NCBI GenBank assembly: GCA_032718475.1
Contig: JAUCBJ010007160.1
Coordinates: 1 to 64,000 of the forward strand
Direction: 5' to 3'
From: Nemertoderma westbladi
Taxonomy: Eukaryota; Animalia; Xenacoelomorpha
Length of the DNA: 64,000 nucleotides
Shown here: one piece after another, positions 61,828 through 64,000 of the stretch
How positions within the stretch are numbered: the stretch's first letter is position 1
How the letters are laid out: each line of letters begins with the position of its first letter
Translations under genes and position numbers: made by a program
The notes under the pieces: generated by a model
Told to the model about the DNA's origin: nothing
Databases searched by the model: none
What the model saw: the letters and a program-made list of their open reading frames with translations, nothing else

Positions 61828-63335
61828 GCACAACGAGCAACAATGACCAACAATGAGCAACAACGAGCAACAATGAGCAACAACGAGCAACAATGATCAA
61901 CAACTAGCAACAATGAGCAACAACGAGGAACATTAATGAGCAACAACTTGCAACAATGAGCAACAACGAGCAACAATGATTAACAACGAGCAACAATGAG
62001 CAAGAACGAGCAATAATAAAGTACAACAACGAGTATCAATGAGCAACAACGAGTAACAATGAGCAACAACGACCAACTATGAGCAACAATGAGCAACAAC
62101 GAACAACAATGAGCAATAACGAGCAACAATGAGTAACAACGAGCAACAATGAGAAACAACGACCAACAATGAGCAAAAACGAGCAATAATAAAGTACAAC
62201 AACGATTAACAATGATCAACAACGAGTATTAATGAGCAACAACGAGCAATAATAAAGTACAACAACGAGTAACAGAGCAACAACGAATAACAATGAGCAA
62301 CAATGAGGAACAACGAACAACAATGCGCAACAACGAGCAACAATGAGGTACAACGAGCAATAATAAAGTACAACAACGAGCAACAATGAGCGACAATGAG
62401 CAACAATGAGCGACACGTTCGTGGGGACTTCGCGCAGCACGTAGTCGGCAAGCCTTGGCATACGGTTCATATAGAGCAAATGGGGCATGTCTAGTTTGGA
62501 CCCCATATCCCATGCTATAAATGTATTCATTCGATATACAATCATATGTTAATCCGCTAGGTGGTGTCAAATTGTTATTCTGCAATTTCGTACTTACCAG
62601 TGCAGCACTGTACAGCAGTACCGTACCGGTAGGCCTATGTCATTACTTCTGAGTCTCTAGCGGATCCCCAATTAAATGTCTTAACTTTTCAATTTCGTAA
62701 AAGATAGACTTCATGATTCTCTACAGGCCACCAAAATTTCAGCTCAGGAAAATGAGGCCTTCCCGAGAAATTTAACATTTTCTAAAAACCACATAATCTG
62801 TCGTAGCTGACGTCAGACTGCATGATTTTTCACCAAACTTTACAAACTTTCTAAACTTTCTCTCTACTACTTACCTACTAAGTTTGGTTCAATTCCGAAC
62901 GAGCGATGCCGAGAAATTCGCGTTCAAACATTTACCAGACAGACGGACGGACAGACAGACAGACAGACGGACATGCCCCATTTGCCCTATATGAACCGTA
63001 TGCAAAGGCTCGCCGACTACGTGTCTCGCCCCACAATGAGCAACAATGAACAACAACGAGCAACAACGAGGAACAACGAGCAATAATAAAGTACAACAAC
63101 GAGCAACAATGAGGAACAACGATCAATAATAAAGTACAATAACGAGCAACAATGAGGAACAACGAGCAATAATAAAGTACAACAACGAGCAACAATGAGG
63201 AACAACGAGCAATAATAAAGTACAACAACAAGCAACAATGAGGAACAACGAGCAATAATAAAGTACAACAACGAGCAACAATGAGGCGAACAACGAGCAA
63301 TAATAAAGTACAACAACGTGTAACAATGAGCAACC
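61828..63335. repeat. Two (GAGCAACAAY)n arrays flanking an element with subterminal inverted repeats and a (GACA/GACG)n tract (Helentron/DINE-like)
   Basis: Arrays at 61828-62412 and 63033-63335; about 54-bp inverted repeats at 62438-62491 and 62970-63023. Confidence 0.7.
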
Positions 63336-63645
63336 AAAATAGCAATAAATTTTGGTGGTAACCAAAACAATGAACCAAAGTTATGACATGTTATTGTTAG
63401 AAGATTATGGGTCCGGACACAAAAAGCTGAGGTAATAAGGGTCCGGTCAATAATACACAAGTAAAATATAAATCAAATATAAAGCTTCAATACGGTATTA
63501 AGAGGGTCTGGTCTGGTCAGTAGTTGCAGTGAAGTGCCCTGCAACTCCTGAGCAACTAACTCACTAACCTTAACCCAGTAACCTAAATAACAAATCATAA
63601 ATACAAAATAGGCTTGGCCTACCCCACCCCACAAGCTATACAGTA

Positions 63646-64000
63646 TGTTCGCGCTTTCAGACCTTTGGCAGTTTAACCCACCAAATTAAGATGTCTTCTA
63701 GATATTAAATCTGTTTTTTAGTCTATGACAAGTTTTTGATTCACTACACTAGTCGAAACCAATCCGTGCGCGACCATTCACCCGCTGGATATTCCCGGGA
63801 GATTGGGTTCGACGGTTTAATTTTATTGCTATGTAAGCCTAATGTATTATTCGACTGACAGTACTATATAATCTCTGACAATATTATTCACCTTCGGTAA
63901 TATTAACAGTTCCTTTAGGACGTGGCGCTTTATCTATATAAACAGAGTTATGACTTAAACTACTCACAACGATATGGCTTAATTATAATTCACATATATG
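63646..64000 (-). repeat. Diverged LTR of the Bel/Pao family (3' portion), runs off the window
   Basis: Reverse complement ends AAAGCGCGAACA; shares the 31-nt start-region block and the U5 structures. Confidence 0.9.

Noticed and set aside
61980-63460. Leu/Cys-rich minus-strand ORFs
   Set aside because: Translations of the CAA-rich simple repeat.

Overview
AT-rich, transposon-dense eukaryotic (invertebrate-like) genomic DNA. (1) On the minus strand, six exons spread over about 37 kb (39161 to 1864) encode a secreted mosaic: signal peptide, Pro-rich segment, beta/gamma-crystallin, FN2, TSP1 and F-type lectin. It looks pseudogenised. (2) A complete LTR retrotransposon of the Bel/Pao type (10922-25624; 1187-bp LTRs; CAAAT target-site duplication) sits in the largest intron. 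It has a giant Gag-protease ORF, no RT or integrase, a conserved structured non-coding region, and an extra triple-zinc-knuckle ORF in the env position. It has no tRNA primer-binding site; the PBS position is instead complementary to the element's own LTR, suggesting self-priming. A diverged second copy (about 47980-58661) and a third diverged LTR (63646 to the end) allow covariation checks on several RNA structures. (3) The rest is degraded LINEs (RTE, CRE, CR1/L2-like with a 2A-like peptide), MITEs (piggyBac-, Kolobok-, hAT-like), SINEs and minisatellites. (4) An inverted pair of SMART/PacBio ultra-low-input adapters at 58662-58714 marks a chimeric junction, so sequence beyond it is probably not contiguous. 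All comparisons were made by eye; no searches or folding programs were run.
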